Below, piece after piece: positions 1 to 14,991 of a stretch of 64,000 nucleotides of DNA. The notes beneath the pieces were generated by a model. The model did no database searches and was not told where the DNA came from. It saw nothing but the letters and a program-made list of their open reading frames with translations. Position 1 is the stretch's first letter. Each line of letters begins with the position of its first letter. The translations under genes and the position numbers were made by a program. The stretch is from Rhizophagus irregularis. Taxonomy: Eukaryota. The DNA lies in the NCBI RefSeq assembly GCF_026210795.1, contig NC_089433.1, forward strand, positions 4,092,001-4,156,000. Direction: 5' to 3'.

Positions 1-815
1 TTACATCGTTCAAATTTCATTAATAATATCAGACAATTTAATATTGAACTTTGCTCATATGATGAAACAATTAGTAATATAACCCTTTTATTAAAATTTT
101 TAAATTCTAATTGTAATTCGATTTCATTCCTTGGAAGAAAATATGGACTGAAAATTCATAAAAAATACTGTACTTGCATCAAGTAGAAGTATAAATAATG
201 TTCAATAAAAGCTAAAAAATTGTACTTTGAAGGTGAAATTAATATATTATATACTGCATGTATATTTCTGGAAAATAGTTTTGTCAAATCGGTAACAGAT
301 TTTTTTTTTAACGAACTGCAGCTTGTCATGTGATTTGGCGGAGCTGTGAAACGTTTTCATGATTTTTCTTTATTATTTAATAAATATTTTCTGACCAAAT
401 ATATCATGGAATTAGAAAAATTCAAAAGCGAGACGAGTAATAGGAGAAAGACAAATTATAAAAACTATACATTATTGCGTTATTAAAGTTTTTATATTAA
501 ACAATATTAGAAAAGAAATTACAAGTCACTTTTATCCACGATGAATTTGAAGACATATCAGAATTTAACGTCAAGATTGAAGGAATGAAGATAGACATCG
601 GGATTATCTGGAATAAAATGTTTGTTGATGAATTTAATTTATGTTGGAATAATTTTATAATTGAAGTTGCTATAGAAAATGGGCCAAAGAGCTTAGTTAT
701 CTTAACAAAAAAAGCAGAAATTATGTTATTAAAACAATTAGAACAATTATTCACTATTAACATAAGTTTTAATATTAATTGACTGATTTGTTCATGATTA
801 TACGTAACAAAATTA

Positions 816-1260
816 GTGTATCAAAATCAACAACTAATGCATTGGATACTCAAACTAGAGCTTTTAGAATCAAAAATTTTATTACCAACTTATGAAGTTT
901 TATATCAAAGAAAAGTTTATGAAACTTCTTCAGAAAAATGTGTAAGATGTAATGAAGAAACAGAAGCATGGGATCATATACGGAAGTGCATGAAAAACAA
1001 GTTCATTTTATTTGATTTATGGAAAGATGTAGTTAACGCATTAATAGAAGAAAAGGACAAATGAAAGAAATACTACGATTTGGTTGTGTCAAATCAAGAC
1101 TATTCCTATTAGAAAATTTATTATATGAATAATGCATGGAATTATTAATTTTAAGATTTGGAAATATAACCATTTTAAGGTAGAGTATACGTGGGCATTA
1201 AAAACTTGATATATATATAACACTTATTTATACCAAAATATGGAAACCGAGATATGATGA
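816..1260 (+). pseudogene. Relic of the C-terminal CCHC region of a non-LTR retrotransposon ORF2
   Basis: LPTYEVLYQRK...CVRC..EAWDHIRKC and a downstream IWKPR (~1238) parallel the end of the intact LINE ORF2 here (LPTLEHL...CRSC..HLFMCKC...IWLPR); the frame is broken. Confidence 0.6.
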
Positions 1261-1900
1261 AGCAGTAAATTTACAAGGTATCAGTAAATTGTAGTGATGG
1301 TGCCGCAATTGATTGATATTGCAGATGTTGGAGTTGAATTGCGGTTAGTGATCCGAAATCCGCAATTTACTTGATTTTTTGAAGTAATTCTATCTAATTA
1401 AAAAATTTTGCGTCCGACCTTCCTGACTACGATAACCTTTAAACTACTAATACATTTCCAGTTAATTGAAATTTTAACTGGATTTTTTTTTTATTCTGAT
1501 GAATTAATACTAACTATAATTTTTTCTTATTAATTGCATTTTATTTGCAGTCATTTCCGCTCTCTTAATTACCACGACTAATCATTTCTATAATAATATT
1601 TTTTTTATATTTTTCGGTTTTTACCGTAAAGACCAAAACTACCTTTTTAGTCTTTTTTTTTATTAATAATTTTTATCCCTGATAAAAATTTGGATAAATC
1701 TGGAATAAACATCAGATTTATCCATTAAGTAGCAACGTTTCTAATGATTAATCTATTCGTCAGTTCGAGGAGTGAAATTCCAAAATGGTTTGTTTAAGCA
1801 TTATTATATCAAATGGATACAATATATAGAGCAAATCACATTAGTATTAGACTACTATCAAAAGGCAAAAATCTTTTTATTATTGTCAACTGCGCAGTAT

Positions 1901-2161
1901 CATTGCGGCGGATTTATGAAATTTGGCAAAAACCCTGCTGCGCCTTCGGGAATTAAAATTGACTTACAGAAACATTAAGCTTTTTCCTAGAAAATGTCAA
2001 ATAATGACGCGCCTATAACACTGGAAAAATTGGTCAGATAATGGGAAAATTGGTTAGACGCAAGATTTCACTAATAAATTTGGGACTTAAATAGACTCAA
2101 ATATTTATTTAATTTGACATGACGGACAAATTTTGGGGTATTTCATAAATCCGCCATGATG
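1901..2161. mobile_element. MITE-like insertion upstream of BTB copy 1
   Basis: Inverted repeat GGCGGATTTATGAAA (1907-1921) / TTTCATAAATCCGCC (2141-2155); absent from paralogous upstream regions (~5960, ~9035, ~12095); TSD not clear. Confidence 0.55.
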
Positions 2162-2324
2162 TGTTGCACTAATCAACTATGACCAATGAAATTCCACAAA
2201 GTATAGCGTGGTAAAATTTTTATTTTAATTTGGAAAGAATCTGCGTCAGTCAGACATAAATAAATTCAAAATGGTTTAAACACTCTTTCTCCCACATTAA
2301 GTGTATTTTTTCTTTGCCTAAAAT

Positions 2325-3798
2325 ATGTCAACACAATTTCTTTCAAAATTAAGTAAAAACTATATTGAGTTATTAGATGACGATGAATATTATGATATTA
2401 CTATTGAAGTCGGCGAAGATCCTATAGTAAAAATCTTTCGTGCACACATGATCATTTTATGTTACCGTTCTCCATACTTGCGAAGAATTTTGGCTTCTAA
2501 TAAAAATCAAAATAAGGAGAATACATTATCTCATATTAAATTACCAAAGATATCGCCCGAAGTTTTCCAAATTATCTTAAAGTAAGTTTACATACAATAA
2601 ATTAAATACGAAATATCATAGCCTCAAATGTTCAAATTCGAACTTTAAACTTTCGTATTATAGGTATATCTACGGTGGTACTCTTTTATTGAATGAGCAA
2701 GACACTTTAGAAATTTTCGAAATTTTAATCGCTGCGGAAGAGTTGTTTCTTCAAGAATTAGTTGATTATTTACAAAAATATTTTATAGAGAATAAATCTG
2801 AATGGATGGAACAACATTTTGAACTTATTCATAGAACAAGTTTTCAATCAAATTCTTTATTAGAACTTCAACAATTTTGTACGAATTTTATGGCAAACTC
2901 TCCAGAGAAAATATTTAAATCATTTGATTTCACGTCGCTTCCTGAAAAATCCTTAGTACAACTTATTAAAAGAGATGATTTACAAATGAAAGAAATTGAA
3001 GTTTGGGAATATGTATTAAAATGGGGACTTGCACAGAACCCCACACTTCACCCAAATCCTAATACTTGGTCAGATGATAATTTCAAAACAATGGAAAATA
3101 CTTTACGGCATTTTTTATCTTTAATTAGATTTTTTAGTTTATCATCCAAAGAATTTTTGGAAAAAGTTCGTCCCTATAAAAGTCTCCTAAAACGTCAATT
3201 TTATGAAGATTTATTAAATTCTCATTTGGATCCTAATAGTGAACCAAATGACAATATTTTACCTCCTAGAAATATTAGAATTGAGAGCATTATTGATTCA
3301 AAAATTGTTAATAACTTGAATATCATTACAATTATTTCAAGATGGATTGATAAATTGGATGCTAAAAATAATTTTGCTTATTTAAAAGAACCATGCAGGT
3401 TTCAACTATTGTTAAGAGGGAGTCGAGATGGATTTACACCTGATAAATTTCATGAATTATGTGATGATAAATATAATACCATTACCTTTATTAAGGTAAA
3501 AGGAACGGAAGAAATTCTTGGTGGATATAATCCTTTAAAATGGGAATCCTCTGGTGCTTGGGGTGAAACTAAAGATAGTTTTATTTTTTCTTTTAAGATT
3601 AATAATATTAAAGATGCAATTATTAGTAATATAGAAAATACGGAATATGCATTTTATAATGGCTCTGATACTGGACCATATTTTGGAGAAGACCTTAATC
3701 TTAAATATTATAGAAGGTACTATTATGAAAAAAAGATAAGAGAAGCCGAAGGTATATTTTCTCTAGAAGATTATGAAGTATTTCAAATCACAAAATGA
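2325..3798 (+). CDS. BTB/POZ-BACK-TLDc protein, copy 1 (intron 2582-2663)
   Basis: Exon 1 BTB (YYDITIEVG..FRAH..ILCYRSPY); GTAAGT...TAG intron restores K-YIYGG; BACK (DDLQMKEIEVW); TLDc (LLLRGSRDGF, ILGGYNP, DSFIFSF, GPYFG, EDYEVF). Confidence 0.9.
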
Positions 3799-4958
3799 CA
3801 AATATACGATATCTTTTACATCAGCAGATTAAGTGTATTAATTTTATTCGAAAATTAAAATATAAAGTTTATAAATATTCAAGTTTAAAATATATACACG
3901 TTATTTTTGTTTGCAATTTCTAATTTGAAAATTTAAATGCGCCGCTTTATTTACAATATTAATACATTTATTAATCATTATTGTATTTTATCCAATAAAT
4001 TATTTTTAAAATTTTCAATTCATTTAATTTATCTCTAGTCGTCTTGCAATATAAAAGTATTTTAATGATTTTTTTTATATGTTTTTTAGCAAAATTAAAT
4101 TTCGTAAAACATAACTATTGTAATTATCTTAATATTTCTAATATATATTTCATGATCTCTAAAATTTACATACAAATTCCTTAAATGCTTAATCTAAAGT
4201 AAGTTATCATTGATTCTAAAAGCTGATTTATTGTCCGAATCATAGCATAGGATCGTTTACTTCTAGGCATTTCAGTTGCAATGTCGTTCTATCCCGCATG
4301 CTTATTATCGACCAATGGATTTTGTATTTAATTTACGTTTTCATATAGTACATGTCACGATGTAAATAAATTGATTATGCTTCGGACCTGAACGGTTTGC
4401 GTTCCCTAGTTTAAATATTTACAATAAAAGCCAAAATTAGTTATTTATAAATTTTAATAAATACTATATGTATTATATTTAACTGATATTACGCAAAGGA
4501 AATAATTAATTCGCAATCCATACAAGAATCGGTACAATGATGCTAAGGGCAAATCACTGTTAATTTTTCATTAATAAGTGGAAAACCGAAATGCTACTAA
4601 TAAATTCACTTTATCTTCTACTACTATCTCTAATTAAAAGAAAATTATTTTAAAAAGGAATATGAACACTATTATCATCAACTATAATTGATTTTAATAT
4701 TTCATTTTATTATGATATAAATTATGTTTTTATTATAAGAAATATTAGATACAAAATTGTGAAAATTATCATATTATACATATATCCCTTGATTTTATTA
4801 ATAATAAAACTGTCCGAATTTTTAAGCGGATTACTAATTAATTTTTTTTACTAGAACTACTAGTATTGATACAATTAGTAATAATAAAAAGGCCTACGAT
4901 ACATATTAAATTTTTCACTAGTTAATGATCATAATTTTTATTTTTAATATTACATATA

Positions 4959-5748
4959 TCCAAATTACAGTATATAAAAAATATATATACCCGAATTTAT
5001 TAAATTTATTTATTAAAAAACATTATATGAGTTTATTTATTAAAAAAAAAAGCATTATACAAATTTAGTAATCATTAAAAAACATTATACAAATTTAATT
5101 ATTAAAAAAAATTATATGAATTTACTTATTAAAATATATATTACATGAATTGATTTATTAAGAAAAATTATATACCCAAATTTATTAAATTTATTTATTA
5201 TAAAAATATTTGTTAGTAAAAAATTATAATTAAAAAACATAATACAAATTTAATTATTTAAAACATTATATGAATTTAATTATTAAAAAAAAAATTATAT
5301 GAATTTACTTATTAAAATATATATTAAATGAATTGATTTATTAAAAAAAAGTTATATATTACACAAATTGATTTATTAAAAACATATGTGAACATAAAAT
5401 CGTCCAAATTTGATTTGAAATATCCTACAATATTAAGTTTTTAATCATGTGAAATAATTTTTATTGAATTATTTTATTTTGGTTAGAAACGAAAAAATTT
5501 TTTTAAAAAAATTGTTTTTTAGAAATTCTTCTTTTAAGGCCAATTACAAGATTATTAAATCAAAATGTAAAAAACAAATTAAAATATTTTAGATGAAAAA
5601 AAAAATAAAATAAATTATTTATTTATTTCAAACAAAGTTTAAATTATATCTTATCAATACTTTTGTTTCTGCAAATAAGTGTTAAAATTTATGGTATATA
5701 TCATACTCTTAGAAAGGGCAGGTCACCGGCCCTAGGGTATGACTCTAG
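4959..5748 (+). mobile_element. Putative non-autonomous Helitron with internal AT-rich minisatellite
   Basis: Missing from paralogous spacers (~8785, ~11838); A|TC start, CTAG|T end, subterminal hairpin 5701-5742, no TSD; ~30-bp degenerate repeats at ~4975-5390. Confidence 0.55.
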
Positions 5749-6112
5749 TTTAAATATAATAAATCTTCTAAAGTACAAAACTAAATACCAAACTTAAGGT
5801 AAGAAAGTGTAACTTTATCCGAAATTTAATTAATTAAGAGTGTAGTAGCGCTTCAGTGACAATCCATAATGGTTCGGTCAGACGTTATTACATCAAATGG
5901 GGAGCAAATCGAGTACTATCAAATGACAAAAATCTTTTTGTTATTGTCAACTGCGCAATATGTCGCACTAGCCAATGAAAATCGCAAAGTATAGCGTGGT
6001 AAAATTTTTATTTTAATTTGGAAAGAATCTGCGTCAGTCAGACATAAATAAATTCAAAATGGTTTAAACACTCTTTTTCCCACATTAAGTTTATTTTTTC
6101 TTTGTCTAAAAT

Positions 6113-7623
6113 ATGCCAACACAATTTCTTTCAAAATTAAGTAAAAACTATATTGAGTTATTAATAGATGACGATGAATATTATGATATCACTATTGAAG
6201 TTGGCGAAGATCCTAATGTAAAAATCTTTCGTGCACACATGAGCATTTTGTGTTACCGTTCTCCATACTTGCGAAAAATTTTGGCTTCTAATAAAAATCG
6301 AAATAAGGAGAATATATCTCATATTAAATTATCAAAGATATCGCCCGAAGTTTTCCAAATTATCTTAAAGTAAGTTTACATACAATAAATTAAATACGAA
6401 ATATCAGTCTAAAATATTCAAATTCGAACTTTAAATTTTCGTATTACAGGTATATCTATGGTGGTACTCTTTCATTAAGTGGACAAGACGCTTTGGAAAT
6501 TCTTAAACTATTAATAGCTGCGGAAGAGATGCTTCTTCAAGAATTAGTTGATTATTTACAAAAATATTTTATTAAGAATAAATCTGAATGGATGGAACAA
6601 CATTTTGAACTTATTCATAGAACAAGTTTTCAATCAAATTCTTTGTTGGAACTTCAACAATTTTGTATGAATTTTATGGCAAATTCTCCAGAGAAAATAT
6701 TTAAATCATTTGATTTCACGTCGCTTCCTGAAAAATCTTTAGTAAAACTTATTAAAAGAGATGATTTACAAATGAAAGAAATTGAAGTTTGGGAACATGT
6801 ATTAAAATGGGGACTTGCACAAAACCCCACACTACTTCCAGATCCTGATACTTGGTCAGATGATGATTTTAAAAAAATGGAAAATACTTTACAACATTGT
6901 TTATCTTTAATTAGATTTTTTAGTTTATCATCCAAAGAATTTTTGGAAAAAGTTCGTCCCTATAAAAGTCTCTTAAAACGTCAATTTTATGAAGATTTAT
7001 TAAATTCTCATTTAAATCCTAATAGTGAACCAAATGACAACATTTTACCTCCTAGAAATATTAGAATTGAGAGCATTATTGATTCAAAAATTGTTAAAAA
7101 CTTGAATATTATTATAACTATCTCAAGATGGATTGATAAATTGGATATTAGAAATAATTTTACTATTTTTAAAGAACCATACAAGTTTCAACTATTGTTA
7201 AGAGGGAGCCGAGATGGATTTACACCTAAAAAATTTCATGAATTATGTGATGATAGATATAATACATTTACCTTTATTAAGGTAAAAGGAACGGAAGAAA
7301 TTCTTGGTGGATATAATCCTTTAAAATGGAAATCCTCTGGTGTTGTTCGGGGTGAAACTAAAGATAGTTTTATTTTTTCTTTTAAGATTAATAATATTAA
7401 AGATGCAATTATTAGTTATATAGAAAATCCAGAATATGCATTTTATAATGGCTCTAATAATGGACCATATTTTGGAGAAGACCTTACTATATTTTCAAGT
7501 AATGGTGAATTGAAAGATTATAATCATAGTTATTGTAGAAAGTACTATTATGAAAAAAAGATAAGAGATGCCGAAGGTATATTTTCTCTGGAAGATTATG
7601 AAGTATTTCAAATCACGAAATGA
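6113..7623 (+). CDS. BTB/POZ-BACK-TLDc protein, copy 2 (intron 6370-6449)
   Basis: Same motifs and intron position as copy 1; open frame. Confidence 0.9.
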
Positions 7624-8059
7624 TAAATATACGAGATCTTTTACATCAGCAGATTAAGTGTATTGATTTTATCCGAAATTTGAAATATAAAATTTATAAA
7701 TATTCAAGTTTAAAATATATAAACGTTATTTCTGTTATTTCTGTGCGCAATTTCTAATTTGAGTATTTAAATACGCCGCTTTGTTTGCAATATTAATACA
7801 TTTATTAATCTTATTGTATTTTATCCAATTAATTATTTTTAAAATTTTCAATTCATTAATTTAGTATCTCAATCAATAATAAAATTTACATATAAATAAA
7901 TTCCCTAAATGCTTAATCTAAACTTTTCATTGATTCTAAAATATGACTTCTATCCCGCATGTTCATCGACCAATAGATTTTGTATTTAGTTTACGTTTTC
8001 GAATGTACGTGTCACATGAGTTAAATAAATTGATTATACTTTGGACCTGAACAGTTTGC

Positions 8060-8276
8060 TAATAACTTTTTCTCTATCCTCTTCGTACCAATCTCGGGCA
8101 GCTTCCTTAAGAAATCCAGCGGCTAAAGCAATTTTTCGATTATCTGGCCATCCATTAGCCGCAAAGGCAGCTTCAAAGAGTCGACACCATTCGTATGGAT
8201 CTTCATCATCACGTCCATAGAAAAAGGGAACATCTACAACTTTAGATGTTGTACGATTTTGGTTGGCAGTTGCCAG
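8060..8276 (-). pseudogene. Isolated Ty3/gypsy gag N-terminal fragment
   Basis: PFFYGRDDEDPYEWCRLFE...FLKEAARDWY gag pattern; replaces a 58-bp segment present in the paralogous spacer (4401-4458). Confidence 0.7.
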
Positions 8277-9195
8277 AAATACTATATATATAATATATTT
8301 GTAACTGATATTACGCAAAGAAAAATAATTAATTCGCAATCCATACAAGAATCGCTGAAATACTAAGGGCCAATCACTGTTAATTTTTTATTAATAAATG
8401 GAAAACAAAAGTGCATAATAAATTTGCGAAATGAAACATTAAAAGAAAATTATATTAAAAAGAAGATGGACACTATATTTATCAACTATAATTGCTAATT
8501 TTACTATTACAATTTATTATATAAATGATGCCTTTATTAGAGGAAATATTAGATACAAAATTTTGAAAATTATCATATTATACATATATCCCTTGATTTC
8601 ATTAATAATAAAACTGTCCGATTTTTTATGCGGATTACTAATTAATTTTTTTACTAGAACTAGTATCAATACAACAAATAATAAAAAGGCCTACGATACA
8701 TGTTAAATTTTTCACTAAATTGTAGTAAAAACGATTCCTCGTTAATGATCCTAAATTTCCATAATTTTTAATTTTAATATTACATTTTAAATATAATAAA
8801 TCTTCTAAAGTCCAAGCTAAATACCAAACTTAAGGCCGGAAAGTGTAACTTATCTGAAATTTAATTAATTAAGAGTGTAGTAACGTTCCTAATGGTTCAT
8901 CCATTCGTCAGTTCGAGAAGTGACACTCAATAATGGTTCGGTCGGGAGTTATTTTATCAAATGGATATAATGTACAGAGTCGAGTACTATCAAAAGGAAA
9001 AAACATTTTTATTTTATTATTGTTAACTGCGCAGTATGTCGCACTAATCAACTAAATTCCACAAAGTATGGCGTTTATTTTAATTTGGAAAGAATCTGCG
9101 TCAGTCAACCATAAATAAATTCAAAATGGTTTAAACTTTAAACATAGTTTTATACTCTTTCTCCCACATTAAATTTATTTTTCTTTGCCTAAAAT

Positions 9196-10705
9196 ATGTC
9201 AACGCAATTTCTTTCAAATTTAAGTAAAAACTATATTGAGTTATTAGATGACGATGAATATTATGATATCACTATTGAAGTCTGCGAAGATCCTAATGTA
9301 AAAATCTTTCGTGCGCACATGAGCATTTTGTGTTACCGTTCTCCATACTTGCGAAGAATTTTGGCTTCTAATAAAAATCGAAATAAGGAGAATATATTAT
9401 CTCATATTAAATTATCAAAAATATCGCCCGAAGTTTTCCAAATTATCTTAAAGTAAGTTTGCATACAATAAATTAAATACGAAATATTATAGTCTCAAAT
9501 GTTCAAATTTGAACTTCAAATTTTCGTATTATAGGTATATCTATGGTGGTACTCTTTCATTGAATGAACAAGACACTTTAGTAATTCTCAAAATTTTAAT
9601 CGCTGCGGAAGAATTGCTTCTTCAAGAATTAGTTGATTATTTACAAAAATATTTTGTTGAGAATAAATCCGAATGGATGGAACAACATTTTGAACTTATT
9701 CATAGAACAAGTTTTCAATCAAATTCTTTGTTAGAACTTCAACAATTTTGTACGAAGTTTATGGCAAACTCTCCAGAGAAAATATTTAAATCACTTGATT
9801 TCACGTCACTTCCTGAAAAATCTTTGGTACAACTTATTAAAAGAGATGATTTACAAATGGAAGAAGTTGACGTTTGGGAACATGTATTAAAATGGGGACT
9901 TGCACAAAACCCCACACTTCTTCCAGATCCTAATACTTGGTCAGATGATGATTTTAAAAAAATGGAAAATACTTTACAGCATTGTTTATCTTTAATTAGA
10001 TTTTTTAGTTTATCATCCAAAGAATTTTTGGAAAAAGTTCGTCCCTATAAAAGTCTCTTAAAACGTCAATTTTATGAAGATTTATTAAATTCTCATTTGG
10101 ATCCTAATAGTAAACCAAATGACAACATTTTACCTCCTAGAAATATTAGAATTGAAAGCATTATTGATTCAAAAATTGTTAATAACTTAAATATCATTGT
10201 AACTATTTCAAGATGGATTGATAAATTGGATGCTAGAAATAATTTTGCTTATTTAAAAGAACCATATAAGTTTCAACTATTGTTAAGAGGGAGCCGAGAT
10301 GGATTTACACCTAAAATATTTCATGAATTATGTGATGGTAAATATAATACCATTACCTTTATTAAGGTAAAAGGAACGGAAGAAATTCTTGGTGGATATA
10401 ATCCTTTAAAATGGGAATCTTCTGATGGTTATGGTAAGGCTAATGATAGTTTTATTTTTTCTTTTAAAAATAATATTGCTAAAGATGCAATCATTAGTAA
10501 TATAGAAAATCCAGAATATGCACTTTATAATGGCTCTAATATTGGCCCATATTTTGGAAGTGACCTTATTATATATTCAACTCATGATGAATTTAAAGAT
10601 TATAATAAAAGATATTGTAGAAAGCGCTATAATGAAAAAAAGATAAGAGATGCCGAAGGTATATTTTCTCTAGAAGATTATGAAGTATTTCAAATCACCA
10701 AATGA
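9196..10705 (+). CDS. BTB/POZ-BACK-TLDc protein, copy 3 (intron 9453-9534)
   Basis: Same motifs and intron; open frame. Confidence 0.9.
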
Positions 10706-12247
10706 TAAATATACGATATCTTTTTACATCAGATTAAGTGTATTAATTTTATTCGAAAATTGTAGTATAAATTCAAGTTTAAAGTATATAAATGTTATTT
10801 TTTTGTGCAATTTCTAATATACTATTTATTAACCATTGAGTTATTATATTTTATCCAATAAATTATTTTTAAAATTTTCAATTCATTAATTTATCTCAAT
10901 CCATAATCTAATCGTCCTACATAACATTTGTCAATTAACTTCATATAAAAGTATGTTTTAGCAAAATTAATTTCGTAAAACATAACTATTGTAATTATCT
11001 TAATATTTTTAATTGAATATATATACCATGATCTCTATAATTTACATATAAATTCCTTAATTGCTTAATCTAAAGTTTTCATTGATTCTAAAGGCTGATT
11101 TATTGTCCGAAACGTAGCGTAGGACCGTTTACTTCTAAACATTTCAGATGCAATGTGCATGATTATCGACTAATAGATTTGTATTTAGTTTACGTTTTCA
11201 ATGTACTGTACATGTTACATGATGTAAATAATAAATTGATTATGCTTCGGACCTGCGTTCACTAGTCTAAAATATTTACAATAATTGAATAATTGAGAGA
11301 ATTAGTTATTCATATATGTAGTATATTTATAACTAATATTACCTGTTACGCAAAGAAAATAATTAATTCACAATTCATACAAGAATCGGTGAAATACTAA
11401 GGGCGAATCAGTCAAATCACTGTTAATTTTTTATTAGTAAGTAGAAAACCAGAGCGCATACTAATAAATTCACGAAGTGAAACTTTATCTTCTACTATCT
11501 CTAATTAAAAGAAAAATTATATTAAAAAGGAAGATGAACACTATATTTTTTAACCATAATTGCTAATTTTAATATTAAATTTTATTATATAAATGATGTC
11601 TTTATTAGAAGGAATATTAAATACAAATATCATATGATACATATATTTTTTGATTTTCATTAATAAAACTGTCCGATTTTTTATGCGGATTACTAATTAA
11701 TTTTTTTACTAGAACTAGTATCGATACAACTAATAATAAAAAAGGCCTACGATACATATTAAAATTTACACTAAATAATAAAAACGATTCCTCGTTAATG
11801 ATCCTAAATTACCATAATTTTTAATTTTAATATTACATTTTAAATATAATAAATCTTCTAAAGTCCAAGCTAAATACCAAACTTAAGGCCGGAAAGTGTA
11901 ACTTATCTGAAATTTAATTAATTAAAAGAGTGTAATAACATTCTTAATGGTCCATCCATTCGTCAGTTCGAGGCATAATGGTTCGGTCAGGCACTAGTAT
12001 TATATCAAATGGATACAATATACAGAGCAAATTTCATTAGTATTCGAGTACTATCAAAAGGAAAAATTCTTTTTATTATTGTCAACTGCGCAGTATGTCG
12101 CACTAATCAACTAAATTCCACAAAGTATGGCGTTTATTTTAATTTGGAAAGAATCTGCGTCAGTCAACCATAAATAAATTCAAAATGGTTTAAACATAAT
12201 TTTATACTCTTTCTCCCACATTAAATTTATTTTTTCTTTACCAAAAT

Positions 12248-13755
12248 ATGTCAACACAATTTCTTTCAAAATTAAGTCAAAACTATATTGAGTTATTAGA
12301 TGACGATGAATATTATGATATCACTATTGAAGTCGGCGAAGATCCTAATGTAAAAATCCTTCGTGCACATATGAGCATTTTGTGTTACCGTTCTCCATAC
12401 TTGCGAAGAATTTTGGCTTCTAATAAAAATCGAAATAAGGAGAATATATTATCTCATATTAAATTATCAAAAATATCGCCCGAAGTTTTCCAAATTATCT
12501 TGAAGTAAGTTTGCATACAATAAATTAAATGCGAAATATTATAGTCTCAAATGTTCAAATTCGAACTTTAAATTTTCGTATTATAGGTATATTTATGGTG
12601 GTACTCTTTCATTGAATGAACAAGACACTTTAGAAATTCTCAAAATTTTAATCGCTGCGGAAGAATTGCTTCTTCAAGAATTAGTTGATTATTTACAAAA
12701 ATATTTTATTGAGAATAAATCCGAATGGATGGAACAACATTTTGAACTTATTCATAGAACAAGTTTTCAATCAAATTCATTGTTAGAACTTCAACAATTT
12801 TGTACGAATTTTATGGCAAACTCTCCGGAGAAAATATTTAAATCACTTGATTTCACGTCGCTTCCTGAAAAATCCTTAGTACAACTTATTAAAAGAGATG
12901 ATTTACAAATGAAAGAAATCGAAGTTTGGGAACATGTATTAAAATGGGGACTTGCACAAAATCCCACAATTCTTCCAGATCCTAATACTTGGTCAGATGA
13001 TGATTTTAAAAAAATGGAAAATACTTTACAACATTGTTTATCTTTAATTAGATTTTTTAGTTTATCATCCAAAGATTTTTTACAAAGTATTCGTCCTTAT
13101 AAAAAACTCTTAAAACGTCAACTTTATGAAGATTTATTAAATTCTCATTTGGATCCTGATAGTAAACCAAGCGATAATATTTCACTTCCTAGAAATATTA
13201 AAATTGACACAATTATTAATTCGAAAATAGTTAATAATTTAAATATTATTTTAACTATTTCAAGACAAATTGATAAATTGGATATTAAAAATAATTTCGC
13301 TCGTTTAAAAGAACCATATAACTTTCGATTATTATTAAGAGGGAGCCGAGATGGATTTACACCTAAAAAATTTCATGAATTATGTGATGATATACCCCAT
13401 ACTGTTACATTTATTAAAGTAAAAGGAAAAGACGAAATACTTGGTGGATATAATCCGATAATATGGAAATCTTTTGGTGGTTGTGGAAAAACTATGGATA
13501 GTTTTATTTTTTCTTTTAAAAATGATAATGTCGAAGATGGAATAATTAGTTATGTGAAACATACAGATTATGCAATACGTTATAACTTTAGCATTGGTCC
13601 ATTTTTTGGTTATGACATTATTACATGTGCTCGAAATGGATCTGAAGTTTTCAATGATATTCGTTATAGTAAGAATTATTACGAAAAAAAGATGAGATAC
13701 CGAAGGTCAATTTTCTATGGAAGATTTTGAAGTATTTCAAGTTATAAAGAGATAG
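12248..13755 (+). CDS. BTB/POZ-BACK-TLDc protein, copy 4 (intron 12505-12586), frameshift near the C-terminus
   Basis: Apparent 2-nt loss near 13692 moves the terminal EDFEVFQ motif to another frame (stop 13753-13755); as written the ORF ends at 13730. Confidence 0.8.
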
Positions 13756-14991
13756 ATATATGAAATATTCTTACTAAAGAAACAAAAATATTGTTGTTGA
13801 TAAATTATCATGAGAGATCCCTTTTTAAGTAATTATGGCAATTATAGGCGTATTTAAAGATTCAATATTTTTGACTTTTTATATTTAATCTAGATTGAGT
13901 ACTATAAAATGATGATTTTTAACTTTCACAATTTTTAAAAAATCAAATAAGTATAGAAAGTTAAAAGTTTTCATCTATTTAAGTGTTGAGTTTGTAATTT
14001 GATCAAAAAGAAAAAACAATATTGTTTATAGAATACAAAACATAATCAATTTCTTTTATTGTGAAATTTCAATACTGCACTCTGGTTTGGAAATAAAATC
14101 AGTATATTTTATAAATATATTAAATCAAAATTATTTTTATGCTTCATCTTTTAGCTCATCGTTTTGTTTACATTTAAAATCCGTGATAATAATCTAAAGG
14201 TTAGGTTTGAGTTTGCGTGCAACCAAGCCAAAAAAAATCATGCAAAAATTCTTTTAATACCAGGTGACAGGTGGAAAGCTATTACAATAAATTTTTGGAC
14301 GCTGACTGAAATTATGATTCCAACCTCGAAAAAATGAATGCGTTTTACTAAATGGTTTTGACCACCTCAGAACTTTTATATATATTTTGGGTTGTCAATC
14401 CGTGTTTTATTTATATTTCATGTTTTTCCCGTAAATATTGAAATTTATAATATCCAACATGAAAATTATTCGGCTTGTAGCAGGTACACGTAATATTTAT
14501 AGATAAACAGAGTGTAACGTCTTTCTTATTCAAAAAAGACCATTCACATTTAAATCCTTTGGATACTTTTAATAATTAAAATCTTTTCTCGTGTTCTTTT
14601 TTTCAAAATAGCAAGGCATTAGTACTATATTAATTATTACGTTTAAATTTTTATTGAATTTAGGGTTTAGGGCTTTTAGTTAATGCAAGCTAGCTATACA
14701 CTAATTCTTAATCGCAATTCACAAAAAAAAAATAAAATAAATGAGTTATTTATGAAAGCAATCAGTATAAACCTTAATTAATATAAAAATTATCGTTAAA
14801 AAATTATTTTTAATTTTAGTACGTGAAAAATATTATATTGGAGTATACCAAACATTTCAAGCATTTCAGTAATACAAGCCACGCGCAAGATACTAATTTT
14901 GGCTATCTGGATCAATTATAAATCATGCGGAACTTCCATTTTTATAAAAATTTCAAATTTCTTTCCTTCTCTTTTTTTTTAAAAAAAAAAA

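Noticed and set aside
497..782. Short ORFs at the window start and 1772-1978
   Set aside because: No recognisable motifs; AT-rich chance ORFs or spanning a MITE junction
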